From Sphyrna mokarran (lineage: Eukaryota): a stretch of DNA of 64,000 bases. The stretch covers positions 90,520,001-90,584,000 of the forward strand of contig JAGIQG010000009.1 in NCBI GenBank assembly GCA_024679065.1, in the 5' to 3' direction. This document shows positions 60,886 through 64,000 of this stretch, in pieces. Under the pieces are notes generated by a model. The model searched no databases. It had not been told where the DNA came from and saw nothing but the letters and a program-made list of their open reading frames with translations. How positions within the stretch are numbered: the stretch's first letter is position 1; each line of letters opens with the position of its first letter. Both the position numbers and the translations under genes were made by a program.

Positions 60886-61314
60886 ATCAATCAAATAATT
60901 GACACATCCTGTGGTATTGGGATAAAGATCATGATGGAATCCCAACAGATATTTGGAAATCTCTATTTTTGCCATTTTCTTCTTTTCCCTCTCCAGAAGG
61001 TGCTGTTGACAGAGGAATCAGGTTAAGACAAGAAGGGCAATGAAAATCTCAACCCACAAGGTGTTTAAAGTGATGCAGTTCTGTTCTGGGATTTTGCTTT
61101 TTTGTTTGATGGCCACTATCTCTGTCCCGAGGTCTTCACAAATCCCTCCTCTTTCTCAAATCAGGTCATAAATGTAAGGATACATGTTTATTTATCTTTT
61201 GATCTTGGCAATAAAAGTTTAGCAAATTGTTTATTGCCCTGTCTCATCAACAAAACTTGTCATTACTGTCACTCATTGGATCTACCAACAATCAGATCCC
61301 CCTCTACTGACCTC

Positions 61315-61558
61315 ATACCCAAAGGACAGGTATAGTACAGTTAGGTACAGAGTAAATTTTCCTCTATGCTGCCCCATCAAACATTCCCAGGACAGATACA
61401 ATATGGGGTTAGATACAGAGTAAAGCTCCCTCTATACTGTTCCCATCAAACATTCCAGAATAAGTACAGATATAGATACAGGGTAAAGCTCTCTCTATAC
61501 TGTTCTCATGTATACTTCCAGGACAGGTACAGCACTGGGTTAGATACAGCATAAAACT
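61315..61558 (+). repeat. ~60-68 bp tandem repeat, about 3.5 copies
   Basis: cccatcaaacattcc...tagatacagagtaaagctccctctatactgt units. Confidence 0.8.
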
Positions 61559-62795
61559 ACATTGATTAAATTGTCTAAAATTGGAAAATTACTCTGATTA
61601 TATATTTATAATGCTTTCTTCACAAACCAGAAATCATGGGCTAGATTTTTCTTGTTCACCCAAGAAGGAGCTTCACCTAAAGGGAATTACTACTGGAAAT
61701 GAGGATGCACTCCCCAACTTGTGCCTAAAATGTTAATAAGAAGTTCTGAAAGGAAAATGTGTGATTGGTGTCAATTTCCAATAATAAGATAAACTCCTTT
61801 ATTCTGAAATAAAAATAATGTTGGAAATAATCTGCAGGTTAGGCAGCATCTGTGGGGGGAAACAAAGTTTCAGATCAAGGTGAGCTTTCATCAGAAAGTC
61901 TTTAATCTGTTTGGATTGAATTGAGATTATCACTAACACTGAACTGGAACATTTTTCATGTTGTGAGAGTTGCGTTCAGAGTGCTCATCTGGAATAGACT
62001 CTGAAAGCTAACAGACTGAACAAACTTTCTACCTATTGGACAGGGTTGGAATAGAATCCCCATCCACAATACAGATGACTGGTATCTGACTAACCCACTC
62101 TAACCCCTGTACATCCAACAATTAATCATCCAACAATGGACTGAGAAATTATAAAACTATTTTAATGTGACTGAGTTTGTACAAGTAGTGGGTTGAGAGA
62201 ATCAGAATGATTTTGATTCTCATTTTTGGAAAAGGGATGTCAGTAAACTAGTCTGATCTGACCAGCTGGGCTAGATTGTGGGCAGTAAACATGTAGAAAT
62301 CTGCCTCAGGTGGGAATTTAAATGAACGATAGTAAATCGATAGCTTGTTTTACCCACTATCCCATCTCCTTTTTCACTGAGCTCAATAAGTCAAGTAAGT
62401 ACCGAAGTTCACCAGCTATTGTCCATTTTGCACAACTTTTGACAACTAATTAATATTTCAGTGAATGCTGAGAGTGACTGAGACTCAGACATTATTACAA
62501 TTCAATATGCAGTATCTTCCTGCAGCTTGTGACTGGGGAAGCCGGGCGTCTCTTTTACACTATGGGAATCTGCTTGAGTGAAGAGTCCAACGCCGGCAGC
62601 TCCATATCATAGTTACACTTGAACTAGCCCTGAATTGCTGTAAAATACAGAGTTCAAATTAGCCCATTAGCTAAACCTGAGCATAGCCTGACTGAGGACC
62701 TGCTTTAACTTTTAATCCAAAAAATAATTGAATTATTTCAATTCAAACCTGTGATAAACTTTACAATGTCTCCCCCTGTAGGAGAGAGAGATTTA

Positions 62796-63822
62796 CATAG
62801 AACATAGAACATTACAGCGCAGAACAGGCCCTTCGGCCTTCGATGTTGCGCTGACCAATTAGGAAAAAGCAATGACTCTCCATACTAAACCATTCCCTTT
62901 TCGTCCATAAACGTATCTATTAACCTCTTAAACGCCACCAAACTTGGCGCATCTACAACTGCCGCAGGCAGGGCATTCCATACCCTTACCACCCTCTGGG
63001 TAAAGAACCTACCTCTGACATCCGTCCTATAACTACCACCCCTTAATTTAAAGCTATGTCCCCTCGTTCTAGCTTTCTCCATCCTAGGAAAAAGGTTATC
63101 ACTGTCCACCCTATCTAAACCTCTAATCATCTTATATGTTTCAATAAGGTCTCCTCTTAGCCGCCTTCTTTCTAACGAAAACAACCTCAAATCCCTCAGC
63201 CTCTCTTCATAAGACCTGCCTTCCATACCAGGCAACATCCTGGTAAACCTCCTCTGTACCCTTTCCAATGCCTCCACATCTTTCTTATAATGCGGGGACC
63301 AGATCTGTACACAATACTCCAAGTGCGGCCACACTAGAGTTTTGTACAGTTGCAACATGACTTTGCGGCTCCGAAATTCAATCCCCCTACCAATAAAAGC
63401 TAAGACTCCGTATGCCTTCTTAACAATCTTATCGACTTGATTGCAAACTTTCAGGGATCTATGCACATATACACCAAGATCCCTCTGTTCATCAACACTA
63501 TTAAGAATCCTACCATTAGCCCTATACTCTACACATTTGTTATTCCTGCCAAAGTGAATTACCTCACACTTTTCCACATTAAACTCCATTTGCCACCTCT
63601 CGGCCCAGCTCTGCAACTTGTCCAAATCTCTCTGCAAACTATAACACCCCTCTTCACTATCTACCACTCCACCGACTTTAGTGTCATCTGCAAATTTACT
63701 AATCCATCCTTCAATACCCTCATCCAGATCATTTATAAAAATTACAAACAGCAGGGGCCCCAAAACAGATCCCTGAGGTACACCACTTGTAACCGAACTC
63801 CATGATGAATAATTTCCATCAA
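62796..63822 (-). mobile_element. Young CR1 LINE, 5'-truncated, open RT C-terminal ORF (292 aa)
   Basis: ORF 62885-63763 is uninterrupted and closely similar to 44723-45760 and 35231-35866. Confidence 0.93.
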
Positions 63823-64000
63823 CATTACATTCTCACATTAACCCAATGGCAGTGAGGGTGAAATTTCTTCTCAGTAACTTCAGAGTATGAACTCTGTCTT
63901 CTGCTTTGACCCCATTTCCATTCATTTTATTTCATTTTGTTTCTTTTTTTCATCTCATTCATCCATTTTTATCATCTTCTTTCTCACTCCCACTTTTCCA

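Noticed and set aside
62740-62792. Minus-strand acceptor-like site (ctctctctcctacag) as an exon of a neighbouring class II beta gene
   Set aside because: No recognisable coding sequence follows, and no beta-chain exons were found anywhere in the window.
62885-63763. Longest ORF (292 aa) as a host gene
   Set aside because: It is the RT C-terminus of a 5'-truncated CR1 with the LINE tail attached.

Overview
Repeat-dense vertebrate DNA, almost certainly from a shark or other elasmobranch (HE1-like SINEs, HER1/CR1 LINEs, shark-type MHC sequence). The only host gene I can support is an apparently intact MHC class II alpha-chain gene on the minus strand. It has four coding exons (59014-59080 leader, 27685-27933 alpha1, 21303-21584 alpha2, 10435-10580 connecting peptide/TM/cytoplasmic) joined by phase-1 GT-AG introns into a 744-nt CDS (247 aa). 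It has an X-box/Y-box promoter with canonical 19-bp spacing, a 31-kb intron 1, and a probable separate 3'UTR exon near 3540-3834. The rest is nested transposon debris: CR1, Rex1/Babar, L2, Tx1, Gypsy-like integrase and LTR-like pieces, SINEs and minisatellites. Highlights: (i) five Penelope-like insertions with inverted ends, a one-sided ~35-nt tail, target-site duplications and minimal hammerhead ribozyme motifs, including a 251-bp non-coding rod-like element with a hammerhead core on each strand; (ii) two U2 snRNA-headed, SINE-like elements sharing a non-U2 body; (iii) a perfect 337-bp-arm inverted duplication with template-switch junction signatures just downstream of the last coding exon; (iv) unusual substitutions in the class II alpha protein. 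All calls are by eye and from recalled family motifs; no searches were run, and repeat boundaries without TSDs are approximate.
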